Assembly: GCA_947625895.1 (NCBI GenBank) | Contig: CANQPZ010000002.1 | Location: forward strand, 1 to 61,614 | DNA from: an uncultured Clostridia bacterium | GTDB lineage: Bacteria; Bacillota; Clostridia; TANB77; CAG-508 | DNA length: 61,614 bases | Reading direction: 5' to 3' | Part shown: positions 8,991-20,400 of the stretch, one piece after another | Numbering within the stretch: position 1 is the stretch's first letter | How the letters are laid out: the number at the start of each line of letters is the position of its first letter | The notes under the pieces: model-generated | What the model was told of the DNA's origin: nothing | Databases searched by the model: none | What the model saw: only the letters and a program-made list of their open reading frames with translations | Translations under genes and position numbers: made by a program

Positions 8991-10766
8991 ATGGACGAAC
9001 AAAATTTAAATAATGCTCCATCAGATGGAAAAAAAGATAATGAAAATCCATCTGTAGAAAATCCAGTAAATCAAAATACAACAACTGGACAAACAAACGT
9101 AAATAATAGTACAAAACCACCAAAAAAGAAAAAAGGAGTAGCTTTAAAAGTATTTATAGTACTATTAGTTTTAGTCATTGTTGCTGCTGTTGTCGTAGGA
9201 ATACTAATACTTACAGGAGTATTAGATATAAACTTAGACAAAAAGAGCAAAATGGAAGCTGGTGTATCACAATTAGTTGAATCTTATACTGCACCATTAG
9301 AAACTGTTTCTTCAACTGCACAAAATAATAATGCAGAAATGAAAGTTTTAAATAACTTATCATTAAATGCACCAGTAGAAGTTTCAACAGAAATTACAGG
9401 AACTGCAAACATTAATAGCATTTCTGGATTGACAACTAGTCAGAAAAAACAAGTAGATCAACTATGTGACTTATTAGATGATACTTCATTAGCATTAGAC
9501 TTTAAATATGATGGAAACAAACAAGCTTATGCAACAGTAAATGGAAAAGTTGAAGATGTAGAAGTGTCTGGAGAAGCTTTATATGATGGCAATCAATTTG
9601 GAATTAGATCAAAAGAATTAAACAACAAATGGTTAGTTGCAGATAAAGAACAACTTAAAGAAGGTCTTGAAGAAAGTCTAGAAGGACAAAATGTAGATGT
9701 TGATGAAATAAAAGAATATCTAGAAGATTATAAAGATCAATTATCAACAGTTAAAGATACTTTAAATATTGATACTAGTACACAAAATGAAATTCAAGAA
9801 AGATACAAAAATGTTTTAACTGAATATGTAAAAGATAAATCAAAAGAAATAGAATCAAAAAATACTAAAATAGAAGTTAATGGCAAAAATAAAAAATGCC
9901 AAAAATTATCTTTAGAATTAGATGATGATGATTTAAAAGATTTATTATCAAATTATATTGATACATTCGGTGATGATACACAATTACAAGGAATCATAAG
10001 AAGTATACTTGAAGAAATGGATACTATTGAGAAAACATCAAATAGTTATTACAGTTCAAACTATGCTAAACAATTTGACAATGCATTAAAGAGTTTAGAT
10101 TCATTAAAAGATACTTTAGATGACGCAGTTAAATTTGATGGAACAGTTACATTAATAGTATATGGAACATCTTCAGAAACATACAGAGCTGATATTATTA
10201 TTGATATTGATGATGAAAAAGTTGCTCTTGAAACAACATTTAACAAAAATGAAACAGTTACTAATATAAAATATGAAGATGAAGAAATGGCAGTACTTAA
10301 AGTATCATACGATACTAACTATGTTGATTACAGTTTAGATTTATCAGAAATTGCTAAAAAACAAAACATGGGAGATAGCTTTATAATAGATGTAAGATTA
10401 GAAGTAAATGGTGATGATTCATTAGTAAAAGTAAGCTATAAATTAGGTTCAGATTATGATTTTGCATTAACTGTAAAAGAAGATATCAATACAAATACAG
10501 ATAAAGAATATGATGGAAACTTATCAATATCTTTAGATGCTAAAGTTAAAGATATGATAGATGCAAACTTTGTAATAAATGCAAAAACAAGAATTTCTTT
10601 AGATACTGTTGTAATTCCTACAATTTCAGAAAATGAAAAAGTAGATGCAACTGATGAAGCTGCATACAATGCATATTTAACAGAAATGGAACCTAAGATT
10701 AGTGAATTAGGAACAAAATTACAAAATATCGAAATTATAAAAGAACTTATAGAAGAACAATTTTAA
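8991..10766 (+). CDS. membrane-anchored hypothetical protein (low-complexity N-terminus, one TM, large extracytoplasmic domain)
   Basis: 591-aa ORF. GGGAGGGAATT precedes the ATG. An N/Q/K-rich head is followed by VALKVFIVLLVLVIVAAVVVGILILTGV. No family recognised. Confidence 0.7.
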   Translation: MDEQNLNNAPSDGKKDNENPSVENPVNQNTTTGQTNVNNSTKPPKKKKGVALKVFIVLLVLVIVAAVVVGILILTGVLDINLDKKSKMEAGVSQLVESYTAPLETVSSTAQNNNAEMKVLNNLSLNAPVEVSTEITGTANINSISGLTTSQKKQVDQLCDLLDDTSLALDFKYDGNKQAYATVNGKVEDVEVSGEALYDGNQFGIRSKELNNKWLVADKEQLKEGLEESLEGQNVDVDEIKEYLEDYKDQLSTVKDTLNIDTSTQNEIQERYKNVLTEYVKDKSKEIESKNTKIEVNGKNKKCQKLSLELDDDDLKDLLSNYIDTFGDDTQLQGIIRSILEEMDTIEKTSNSYYSSNYAKQFDNALKSLDSLKDTLDDAVKFDGTVTLIVYGTSSETYRADIIIDIDDEKVALETTFNKNETVTNIKYEDEEMAVLKVSYDTNYVDYSLDLSEIAKKQNMGDSFIIDVRLEVNGDDSLVKVSYKLGSDYDFALTVKEDINTNTDKEYDGNLSISLDAKVKDMIDANFVINAKTRISLDTVVIPTISENEKVDATDEAAYNAYLTEMEPKISELGTKLQNIEIIKELIEEQF

Positions 10767-10785
10767 TAAAATTTGAAAATAAAAA

Positions 10786-10812
10786 ATACCTCTTTTAGAG
10801 GTATTTTTTTTT
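10786..10812 (+). terminator. rho-independent terminator
   Basis: ATACCTCT/AGAGGTAT stem followed by T9. Confidence 0.7.
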
Positions 10813-10931
10813 ATGATTAAAACTATTAAAAAGTATATTAAAATACGTTTTTTAGTATATCCAAACAATGAATAAATTCTTGACCTTGTTACAAAATAAA
10901 CATATAATAAAAAACAGAATAGGAGGTTAAT

Positions 10932-12047
10932 ATGGTTGACGAAAGAATAAAAAAATTAGCACATGGTCTAGTAAATTACAGTACAAGAGTACAACCACAT
11001 GAAAATGTCTTAATAGACTTAGTTGGAAGTGATAGTTATTTACTAGGTAGAGAATTAGTTAAAGAAGTATATCAGGCTGGAGGAAATCCATTTGTTAAGA
11101 TTGAAGATGAAAATTTAACACATGATATTATCAAAAATGCAAACAAAGAAATGTTAAATTTAATGAGAGAAGAAGAATTAGCTCAAATGAAAAAAATGGA
11201 TGCATATATTGCTGTTAGAGCATCTGGTAACATTTCAAGTTTAGTAGATATATCTTCATCTCAAATGGCAATGTATGAGACTGAATATAGAGAAGAAGTT
11301 TTAAATGAAAGAGTAAATAATACTAAATGGGTAATTTTAAGATATCCAAATGATTCGATGGCACAACTTGCTGGAATGAATACAGAAGAATTTGAAGACT
11401 TTTACTTTAAAGTATGCAACTTAGATTATGGAAAAATGGACAAAGCAATGGATAACTTAAAAGCTTTAATGGAAAGAACAGATAGAGTTCATATTGTTGG
11501 ACCTGGAACAGATTTATCTTTTTCAATCAAAGGTATGGGTGGAATTAAATGTTCAGGAAATATGAACATTCCAGATGGAGAAGTTTATTCTGCTCCAATT
11601 AGAGATTCTGTAAATGGAAAAGTTTCATATAATGCATTATCAACATATAGAAACTTTACTTTTACAAACATTGTATTAGAGTTTAAAGATGGAAAAATTG
11701 TAAATGCAACTGCAAATAATACTCAAAAAATAAATGAAATCCTAGATACAGACGAAGGAGCTAGATATATTGGAGAGTTTTCATTAGGAATAAATCCTTA
11801 TGTAACTAAACCAATGAATGATATTCTTTTTGATGAAAAAATTGCAGGAAGTTTCCACTTTACACCTGGTAGAGCTTATGAAGATATGAATAATGGAAAT
11901 GTATCAGCAATACACTGGGACTTAGTATGTATTCAAACACCAGAATATGGTGGTGGAGAAATCTATTTTGATGACGTATTAATAAGAAAAGATGGAAGAT
12001 TTGTAATACCAGAATTGGAATGCTTAAATCCAGAAAACTTAATGTAA
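10932..12047 (+). CDS. aminopeptidase, M29 (AmpS/PepS) family
   Basis: N-terminal RIKKLAHGLVNYSTRVQPHENVLID, plus the length and overall pattern of thermophilic-metalloprotease M29 aminopeptidases. Confidence 0.7.
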   Translation: MVDERIKKLAHGLVNYSTRVQPHENVLIDLVGSDSYLLGRELVKEVYQAGGNPFVKIEDENLTHDIIKNANKEMLNLMREEELAQMKKMDAYIAVRASGNISSLVDISSSQMAMYETEYREEVLNERVNNTKWVILRYPNDSMAQLAGMNTEEFEDFYFKVCNLDYGKMDKAMDNLKALMERTDRVHIVGPGTDLSFSIKGMGGIKCSGNMNIPDGEVYSAPIRDSVNGKVSYNALSTYRNFTFTNIVLEFKDGKIVNATANNTQKINEILDTDEGARYIGEFSLGINPYVTKPMNDILFDEKIAGSFHFTPGRAYEDMNNGNVSAIHWDLVCIQTPEYGGGEIYFDDVLIRKDGRFVIPELECLNPENLM

Positions 12048-12155
12048 AATATTAAAATGCAAACAATTTAATAATATAGGAATTAATTTTAATTCCTATA
12101 TTATTAAATAAATAAGGCAATCATCTAAAAATTAGTACAATTAGTGGAGATTTAT

Positions 12156-13007
12156 ATGGAAGATGATTTTGAAGATATTTATAAATGGACTAATGAAAGA
12201 ATAAAAAAAGAAGTTAGTTCATTAAAAGAATTAAAAAGAGATACAAGGCAAATAGAAGGACTAATAATAATATTAGTTCTAGTATGTATAATTATTTCTT
12301 TATATGCAGAAGCACAAATGGCAAAATATATTTTTATTACTGTTGCAGTATTAATGTTTATATTTTGTACAATATATTCATTTAAAAATGAAAGCAAAAT
12401 AATTGACAAGCAAAACCAATTTAGCGAAGTAGTATTAGCAGAATTAGCTGTGCATATAAAAGATGGATTTACATATGAAGAAAACGAAGAGGTATCAGGA
12501 AATTATTACATAAAATCAGGATTTAATAGAATATATAAAGAATTGAAATCTAAGGGTGTTATTTCTGGAACAAGGAATAATCATTCAATTTCAGTTTCAA
12601 ATATAATAGTCAAAGGTCAAAAATCAGAATTATTTAAAGGAATTTTTGCATATGTAACTTTAAATAAAGAGGTTGATGAAATTGATATTATGACTGTAAA
12701 TAGTAAAAACAATAAAAAAGAAAAATTTGAAATTCCTGATCAAAAATTATATTTATATGCAGAAGATGTTGGAAAAGCAAGAGAACTAATAACAGATGAA
12801 GTACTAGATGAATTAAAAAAGTTTAGGCAAAAGATAAACTTAAAATTTGAACTTATGATGAATAAAAATTTGTTATTCTTTAGATTTTTTGATAATGAAA
12901 TATTAACTAAACCACTTTCAAATAATAAACAAACAAAAGAATATGTATACAAATATTATCAAATTATTGAATTTCTAGCATATATTGCAGAGATAATAGA
13001 CAAATAG
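12156..13007 (+). CDS. membrane protein, possibly DUF3137-like
   Basis: GGAG lies 6 nt before ATG 12156 (the track GTG 12144 is less likely). Two TM helices are followed by a soluble domain. The family assignment is from memory only. Confidence 0.5.
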   Translation: MEDDFEDIYKWTNERIKKEVSSLKELKRDTRQIEGLIIILVLVCIIISLYAEAQMAKYIFITVAVLMFIFCTIYSFKNESKIIDKQNQFSEVVLAELAVHIKDGFTYEENEEVSGNYYIKSGFNRIYKELKSKGVISGTRNNHSISVSNIIVKGQKSELFKGIFAYVTLNKEVDEIDIMTVNSKNNKKEKFEIPDQKLYLYAEDVGKARELITDEVLDELKKFRQKINLKFELMMNKNLLFFRFFDNEILTKPLSNNKQTKEYVYKYYQIIEFLAYIAEIIDK

Positions 13008-13025
13008 ATAAAGAGGGAAAGTAAA

Positions 13026-13859
13026 ATGATAATATATCCAAAAGTAAGTATAGATGATTTTTCAAGTGAAGTAGAAGAAATTTTAAGAAAAAGTGAAGGT
13101 ATAGAAATACAGTTTTTTAACGAAAATGGAATAGCAGAAGAATTTAACTTTGAAAAAATGGTTAGAACATATAAGGAAAGATTTAACAATCTAAAAGAAA
13201 TTGTTATTCATCCACCATTATCAAACTACAACATAGAGTTGATAATGATGAAAAATGAAAAAATAGTTGAGAATCAACTTAAGAAACTAGTTCAATTATC
13301 TGAAGAATTGAACATAACTACAACATTTATATATCATACATATTGGACAAAAGAACAATTTGAAACAAGCGGATTAGCTGCAAAATTAAAAAAGTTACTT
13401 AAAATAATTGAGGGAAAAAATGCATATCTTTTAATTGAAAATTTATACATGATACTTGATGCTAAAAATAATTGTCCAGCATTAGAAATATGCAAATTTA
13501 TTGATCATGATAACTTAAGAATGTGCTTAGATACAACTCATATGCATTGCAAAGCCAATATTTCAAAACGTGATTTTAATGAAATGATAGAAGCAATATT
13601 AAACCCTAATGATTGTGAAAAATATGTTAGACAAATACATTTTGCAGCGGCATTGAATAATGATGGTTATATTGATAAAAGAACTCATGGAAGAGTACAT
13701 CCAAATATTGAGGAAACAAAAAAAGAAGTAGAATGGCTTAAAAAGTATAAAATGATTGATAAGCACTTTATTACTGAAGTAAGTGAAGATGATTATTATA
13801 CAAGAGTAGATCAAATTAAAGAAATAGAAATGTTAAACGAAATAAATAAAAACTTATAA
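13026..13859 (+). CDS. xylose-isomerase-like TIM-barrel protein (sugar phosphate isomerase/epimerase superfamily)
   Basis: Pattern VIHPP ... LLIENL ... CLDTTHMH ... IHFA is typical of the AP-endonuclease-2/xylose isomerase-like fold. Confidence 0.45.
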   Translation: MIIYPKVSIDDFSSEVEEILRKSEGIEIQFFNENGIAEEFNFEKMVRTYKERFNNLKEIVIHPPLSNYNIELIMMKNEKIVENQLKKLVQLSEELNITTTFIYHTYWTKEQFETSGLAAKLKKLLKIIEGKNAYLLIENLYMILDAKNNCPALEICKFIDHDNLRMCLDTTHMHCKANISKRDFNEMIEAILNPNDCEKYVRQIHFAAALNNDGYIDKRTHGRVHPNIEETKKEVEWLKKYKMIDKHFITEVSEDDYYTRVDQIKEIEMLNEINKNL

Positions 13860-13918
13860 GTTCTAAATAAAAAATGAAAGTAGAGATGGAGTCTATTTTC
13901 ATTTTTTATTTTTTAAAA

Positions 13919-14899
13919 CTATATAGAAAACTGCAAAATAGGAAAAACTTTTAAAATAAAAAACATTAAAGAAGCGGCACATATGCCACTAAAGATTTTC
14001 CCATATAAATATGGCTTTATTGATAAATCTGTTTTAGATATAATACTCCAAACTTGAAGTAAAACAGAAAGCCCACCAGTTCCAATCAAAAAAGACGTAA
14101 TAATCAAGTGAAGAAAAAGAGAAGTTCCAGGAATTGAAGAAATAAGCTTTATTCCTGTTGTGATTTCTAAAATACCTAAAACAGTATATTCGACCCATTG
14201 ATTATTAAATATTGATAAGATTTTACTTGTTTGAATCATTGAGATTATTATTGAAAAAACAATTATAAAACCACAAACAATGCTTAGAGTATTAAAAGCT
14301 TTTTTAATGCAGTCACTCAATATTTCTCCAAGAGATGAAAATCTAAGTGAAGATTCATCTGATATAATAGACGGATCAATACGATAATCAACTTTAAAAA
14401 AATGAGTGAATACAAAACCAGTGATAATACTAGCTAATATATTAACTCCTAAAAGCAAAAAACCAATTGTAGAATTCAAGTAAATGCTGCAGCCTATACT
14501 TCCAATAATAAAAAGAGGGCCTGCATTATTTGTAAAAATCAATAATAGATTAGCATCTTTAGCAGATATCTTTCCTTTTTCTCTTAAATTAGAAATAATT
14601 TTTGCACCAACGGGATAACCACTAATCATTCCAATTATAAAAGGAAAAGCAGAAATACCAGGCATTTTAAAAAAACATCTCATAATTCTTTCAAATTTAG
14701 CCGATAAAAGGTTTATTATTGAAGTATATGATAATAGTTCACTTACAACTAAAAATGGAAATAAACTAGGAAATATTGAATTTAAACATAGGTTTATTGA
14801 AGATTGTACTGCTAAAATATTAGAAGAAGAAAAAAACAATAAAAAAATTGCAAATAATATTATACAAAAAGTTAAAAAAATGTTACCAAAGTTTTTCAT
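13919..14899 (-). CDS. ylbJ: YlbJ-like sporulation integral membrane protein (nucleoside-recognition domain)
   Basis: LFPFLVVSELL, GISAFPFIIGMISGYPVGAKI and TNNAGPLFIIGSIG match the YlbJ family. The internal Met at 14899 is preferred over the track start 14953. Confidence 0.55.
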   Translation of the reverse strand: MKNFGNIFLTFCIILFAIFLLFFSSSNILAVQSSINLCLNSIFPSLFPFLVVSELLSYTSIINLLSAKFERIMRCFFKMPGISAFPFIIGMISGYPVGAKIISNLREKGKISAKDANLLLIFTNNAGPLFIIGSIGCSIYLNSTIGFLLLGVNILASIITGFVFTHFFKVDYRIDPSIISDESSLRFSSLGEILSDCIKKAFNTLSIVCGFIIVFSIIISMIQTSKILSIFNNQWVEYTVLGILEITTGIKLISSIPGTSLFLHLIITSFLIGTGGLSVLLQVWSIISKTDLSIKPYLYGKIFSGICAASLMFFILKVFPILQFSI

Positions 14900-14986
14900 G
14901 TTAAATAATATGCTATTGTCTATCAAATATGAACACATAAAAAAACTAGCCATAAATATAAAATTATTTATGGCTAGCTTTATTTA

Positions 14987-15283
14987 TTATTCAGAAAGAA
15001 TTAATTCATTGTACAAGTTTAGCAAAGTATATAATTCAGATTCTGAAGATAATTCATCAAAATTTAAATTATAAAATTCTATACAAACACCTTGATCTTT
15101 TTCGGAAAGATATTTTGTAGCATTATTTTTTAAATCTCTTACAGTTTTATATGCAAATTGAGGATTTTTAAGCTTAATCTTTTCAGTAAGAATATTTATT
15201 ATTTCGGAGCGAAGCATTTCAGCACAATAAGAATAATTTTGACTTTTAAAATTTAACTCAAAAATTTTTTTATTAAATGTCAT
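14987..15283 (-). CDS. hypothetical 98-aa protein, translationally coupled to the upstream 681-aa ORF
   Basis: ATG at 15283 is preceded by AGGAGG (15295-15300, minus strand). The track GTG at 15295 overlaps that SD. The start overlaps the upstream stop by 11 nt. Confidence 0.6.
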   Translation of the reverse strand: MTFNKKIFELNFKSQNYSYCAEMLRSEIINILTEKIKLKNPQFAYKTVRDLKNNATKYLSEKDQGVCIEFYNLNFDELSSESELYTLLNLYNELILSE

Positions 15284-17318
15284 GCTCAGAGTCACCTCCT
15301 ATAGGTGTTGGTTCATATTTATCATAACTATCGTTAGATTTTGTATATGCGACACCTGTTTCTAGATCTAAATATTTTACAACAAAATTACCTTTTCTTT
15401 TCTTAGATTTACTTGTAGTAGTATTATCATCATTTTCACACAAATGTTGAGGTGGAGCCTTAGGTGATAAGAAACCTAAGTGTGAAATCAAATTTGGATT
15501 ATCATATAATTCAGGATTTCTAGAAGCTTTCTTTATAATAGATTTATGCTTATCTGATAAAGGTGAAACTATATGAACAGGATATAATTTTCCTGTGTCA
15601 GGGTTTTTAAAATCTTCAGCACCAGCATAAATTGGAACTATAGCATTTCCATTTAAAGATTTTAAAAAGTCTATCAAAACTGATTTCTTTATATGGAATC
15701 TTACTGGAGAAGTAAGACCAGCATCAACACCGATTCCTATAATATTAGGTAATTCAACAGGAGAACCATCATAAGGTTTGTCTAATATAATACCAGCATT
15801 TGCAAAGTTATTTGTAGAATTTTCAATACTAGCAATTATAGAATTAATATTATAATCCTTCATTGAATAAGATGAATATATTGGATTAAATAATCTAATA
15901 TACCAATCTGCATCTTCTCGTATATCATTTTTTGAGTTAGGACACATCTTATCAAAAGTACTTTTATATTCAGCAGCATCCCTATTGTTCATTAAGTCTA
16001 TAAATGGCTCATATGAAAATCTAACAATTTTTTCTTCAACATTTGCATCATTAACATCAACAGCTTCTTTATTTAAAGCGTCTGCATCTGCATCTCTCTG
16101 ACATTTTTCTAAGAAAATGCATGCAGGTCTATAGAAAGTATTCATCTTAATAAGCATATCATTTACTTCTTCTTTAGATATATCAATTCTTTCACCTGCA
16201 ATTATTTTGTGTATGATATCGAAATGATCAACAGCAAACATGCCTTCAGAATATGTATCTAAAGATTTTATATATCTATTAGACCAAAAAGAATTAAGTG
16301 CAAGTAAACTTTCAATTGGCATACTTTTTGGAGAAGAAAGAGCATATTCTGAGTGTAATGTTTTTAATTTATCAACACTAACAACATCTTCCAAAGATTT
16401 ATTTATTCTCCAATTTTCTTGACCTTTTAGACTTGATAAAAACTGTAAATTAGCATTAGGACCTTCGCATAAAGGTAATGCATATTCAGGAAAACCTAAG
16501 GAAATCAATTGAGAAACTTCTGAAACTAAGAATCCCTTTAATTCACCTAAATCATCAAGATTTTGAACTGTTTTAGCAGTTGACCTTGCTAAGTCTTTTC
16601 TTAATAAATTTTCTAATATTTCAGAATCTGTAGAAAGATTTGCTTGAGATCCATAAATAAAGATTTTTGCATCATTTAAAAAAGCTTTTCTCTCTGAAGG
16701 TAGTTTATACCATGTAGAAAACTCTTTCATTTTTGCAATTTTCTTTGAAGGATCTAGAGATTTATCTGCTAATACATCAGCCACTTGAGGTAAAGAAAAT
16801 CTATCACCAAAGTAGAAAGATGAAAGTGGCTTAATATTCTCTTGTAATAGCTCATCAAAATTAACATAGTTTTCCGGTGTACCTTTCATATATCCTTCGA
16901 AAAAGTAATTAAAAAGTTCTCTTTTTGTATTATATAAATATAAAGATAAATATTCATCAAAAGAAGTACAATCAGAATAATGAAGTTTAGAAATATCATT
17001 ATATGAAGTTTTTAATTTTTCAGATAATTCTTTATATTTATCAGGGTGTGCCCTTAAATATTGATTTGCTATATATTCTATATATTCAGAAAAAACAAAT
17101 GAAATCTCAAAAACAGTTGTAGAGTAATCATCTATTTCCTGAAATAATTTTTCTTTCATTTCTTGTTCAGTTATTTCTGGATTTTCTTTTTTCATTTTAG
17201 ATAAACGATGAATAATTGAACGTAAATATTTATGAACATAATAAGCCTCGGTAGGCTTAGATGTAACCCTATCTTTAGCATGGTTTAAATTAATTTCAAA
17301 AAAAGTTGGTTTATACAT
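15273..17318 (-). CDS. large hypothetical protein (681 aa), no family recognised
   Basis: Uninterrupted 2-kb ORF. AGGAG lies 9 nt upstream of ATG 17318 (the track TTG 17324 is possible). Divergent from mfd. Confidence 0.75.
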   Translation of the reverse strand: MYKPTFFEINLNHAKDRVTSKPTEAYYVHKYLRSIIHRLSKMKKENPEITEQEMKEKLFQEIDDYSTTVFEISFVFSEYIEYIANQYLRAHPDKYKELSEKLKTSYNDISKLHYSDCTSFDEYLSLYLYNTKRELFNYFFEGYMKGTPENYVNFDELLQENIKPLSSFYFGDRFSLPQVADVLADKSLDPSKKIAKMKEFSTWYKLPSERKAFLNDAKIFIYGSQANLSTDSEILENLLRKDLARSTAKTVQNLDDLGELKGFLVSEVSQLISLGFPEYALPLCEGPNANLQFLSSLKGQENWRINKSLEDVVSVDKLKTLHSEYALSSPKSMPIESLLALNSFWSNRYIKSLDTYSEGMFAVDHFDIIHKIIAGERIDISKEEVNDMLIKMNTFYRPACIFLEKCQRDADADALNKEAVDVNDANVEEKIVRFSYEPFIDLMNNRDAAEYKSTFDKMCPNSKNDIREDADWYIRLFNPIYSSYSMKDYNINSIIASIENSTNNFANAGIILDKPYDGSPVELPNIIGIGVDAGLTSPVRFHIKKSVLIDFLKSLNGNAIVPIYAGAEDFKNPDTGKLYPVHIVSPLSDKHKSIIKKASRNPELYDNPNLISHLGFLSPKAPPQHLCENDDNTTTSKSKKRKGNFVVKYLDLETGVAYTKSNDSYDKYEPTPIGGDSEHDI

Positions 17319-17492
17319 ATACAAACACTCCTATTTAAACTTAACATAATAATTATAACATATTTTGCTAATTATTACAACAAAAGACATATAATGATTG
17401 AAACTAAATGAAAACTATGATATAATACTACTTCAGGAGAAAAAATGAATACTGTTTTTACATAAACATATAACTATATAAAGGAGAAAAAG

Positions 17493-20400
17493 ATGAATTC
17501 ACTTGTAAAAGTTATCCCAAATGTAAAAAAATATAAAGCATATATTGATGATGTAAAAAAAGAAGTCAATCCAATGCTTGTATCAGGACTTACTGACAGT
17601 GGAAAAATGCATTTGGCATATTCTACACATTTTTATACTGAAAAACCAATTTGTATAATTACATATAATGAGATACAAGCTAAAAAGATATTAAAAGATT
17701 TAAAATATTTTGAAGAAAAAGTAGATTTCTTTCCAAAAAAAGAGATATTTGCATACGATTATTTAGCTGAAAGCAAAGATGTATTATTTGATAGAATCCA
17801 AGTATTAAATAATATTATAAATAAAAAAAGCAAGATTATAGTAACTACAGTAGAAGCCATAATGCAACCAATGATAAGTAAAAAAGTTTTATATCAAAAC
17901 TCTTTAAAACTTAAAGTTGGACAAGAATTTGACTTGGAAAAATTGAAAGAAATATTAACAAAACTTGGTTATGAAAGATATGATCTAATTGAAGGAAAAG
18001 GTCAATTCAGTATTCGTGGTGGAATAGTTGATATAGCACTAGAAGAAAAAAGCGGAGTACGTATAGAATTCTGGGGAGACGAAATTGACTCAATAAGAAA
18101 GTTTAATATTTTGACACAACGTTCAACAGATATGCTTAAAGAAATTGAGATATATCCTGCTATTGAATATATTTTAGAAAATGACATAGATACTGTTTGT
18201 GAAAATATAAGAAAAAACAAATACGCTGGAGTGCTTGATGAAATTAGTGAAGAAGACATAACTCAAATAAAAGATGGAAATTATTTAAGCAAAATAGATA
18301 AATATTTTAATTGCTTTTATGATTCAATAGAAGGCTTTTTAGATTATATTGGAAAAGACTACATAGTCTTTTTAGATGAAGTTTCAAAAATTAAAGCTAG
18401 ATCAGAAAACATTATAAAAGATAATGAAAATGTTTTAAAAAGCTTAATAGAAAAGAAAAAAATTCCTATACAAATTTTACAAGAAGAAATTGACTATATA
18501 AAAATAATTGAAAAACTGAAGAAAAAACAAGTAATATACTTAGAAAATAAAGAAATTGGATTTACAGATATCCAAAGTATGCATGCAAAAAGAAACGGAT
18601 ATAGCTTTAGCTATAGGGAGGTCAACTTTTTTCGTAGTTCAATGGATTTACTGTTTGAGGAACTACAAAAAGCAAATAAAAACTCAAAACAAACAGTAGT
18701 CCTATGTGGTAATGAGGATAGTGTGAAAAAATTATCAGCATTACTAGAAGAAAAAAGTATAAAACATATAGTAGATTTAAAATTAAATAAAGACATAGTT
18801 CCAGGGGTAGTATCTCTTACAACTGGGACTATTTCCAATGGTTTTGAAAGCTTTGATTTAAATCTTTTAGTAATTACAGTTGAAGAAATGTTTTCTGGAA
18901 AAGAAAAAAAGAAAACAAGAATGACTCAAAGCTTTAAAGAAGGAGAAACTATAATTTTCTCTGACCTAAAAATTGGAGACTATGTAGTACATAGAACACA
19001 TGGAATCGGTGAATATATCGGGGTTAACACAATTAAAGCTGATGGAGTAACAAAAGACTATATTAAAATAAAATATAAAGATGGAGATATTTTATACGTT
19101 CCTACAAGCTCATTAGACAATGTCAGAAAATACATTGGATCAGGAGATGGTACTCCTAAAATAAATCGTTTAGGAAGCAAAGAATGGGAAAATACTAAAG
19201 CAAAAGTAAAAAATAACTTAAGAGAAGTTGCAAGAGAGTTAATAGAGCTTTATGCAAAAAGACAACATACCAAAGGATATAGTTTTTCTAAAGATACTAT
19301 TTGGCAAAAAGAATTTGAAGATAGTTTTCCATACACAGAAACAGAAGATCAACTAAGATGTATAGAAGAAATGAAAAAAGATATGGAATCAGAGAAACCA
19401 ATGGATAGACTTCTTTGTGGAGATGTTGGATATGGAAAAACAGAAGTCGCAATACGTGGAGCATTTAAAGCATGTATGGATCAAAAACAAGTAGCATATC
19501 TAGTACCAACAACAATTCTAGCTGATCAACAATATCAAGCTTTCAAAGAAAGAATGGAAAAATTTCCAATTAGAGTTGCTTTACTAAATAGATTTAAAAG
19601 CAAAAAGGAACAAAATGAAATTGTTAAGAAACTTGAAAAAGGTGAAATAGATGTCATAATTGGAACACATAGAATATTAAGTAATGATGTAAAATTTAAA
19701 AATTTAGGATTACTTATAATAGATGAGGAACACAGATTTGGTGTTAAAGATAAAGAGAAAATAAAACAATTAAAAAATAATGTTGATGTTTTAACTATGA
19801 CAGCAACACCAATACCTAGAACATTACATATGTCAATTTTAGGAATAAGAGATATGTCTGTTATTTATGAACCACCACAGAATAGAAAACCAGTACAGAC
19901 GTATGTTTTAGAGTATGATAATGAAGTTATAAGAGAGGCAATAACAAAAGAGTTAGAACATGATGGTCAAGTATTTTATTTATATAATAAAGTTGAATCA
20001 ATAGAAAGAAAAGCAAATGAAATTCAAGAATTAGTTCCTGAAGCAAAGATTGGAATTGCTCATGGAAAAATGTCTGGAAAAGAACTTGAAGAAGTAATGA
20101 AAGACTTTATAGATAAGAAAATTAATTTACTTGTTTGCACAACAATTTTAGAGTCTGGAATTGATATACCTAACGCAAATTCAATAATAGTTGAAAATGC
20201 TGATAGACTAGGATTAGCACAACTTTATCAAATTAGAGGAAGAGTTGGAAGAAGTGATAAACAAGGTTATGCATATATTATGTATAAAAAAGATAAACTA
20301 TTATCAGAAGTTGCAGACAAAAGACTTAAAGCAATTAAAGAATTTACTGAATTTGGTTCAGGATTCAAAATTGCAATGAGAGATCTTGAAATAAGGGGAG

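Noticed and set aside
14880-15074. 64-aa plus-strand ORF between ylbJ and the 98-aa gene.
   Set aside because: It overlaps the ends of two minus-strand genes and has no SD. Its AT-rich, low-complexity translation suggests a chance ORF.
17446-17468. 6-codon mini-ORF (MNTVFT) with an SD in the mfd upstream region, considered as a possible leader peptide.
   Set aside because: It is too short, it has no associated alternative hairpins, and no attenuation logic is known for mfd.
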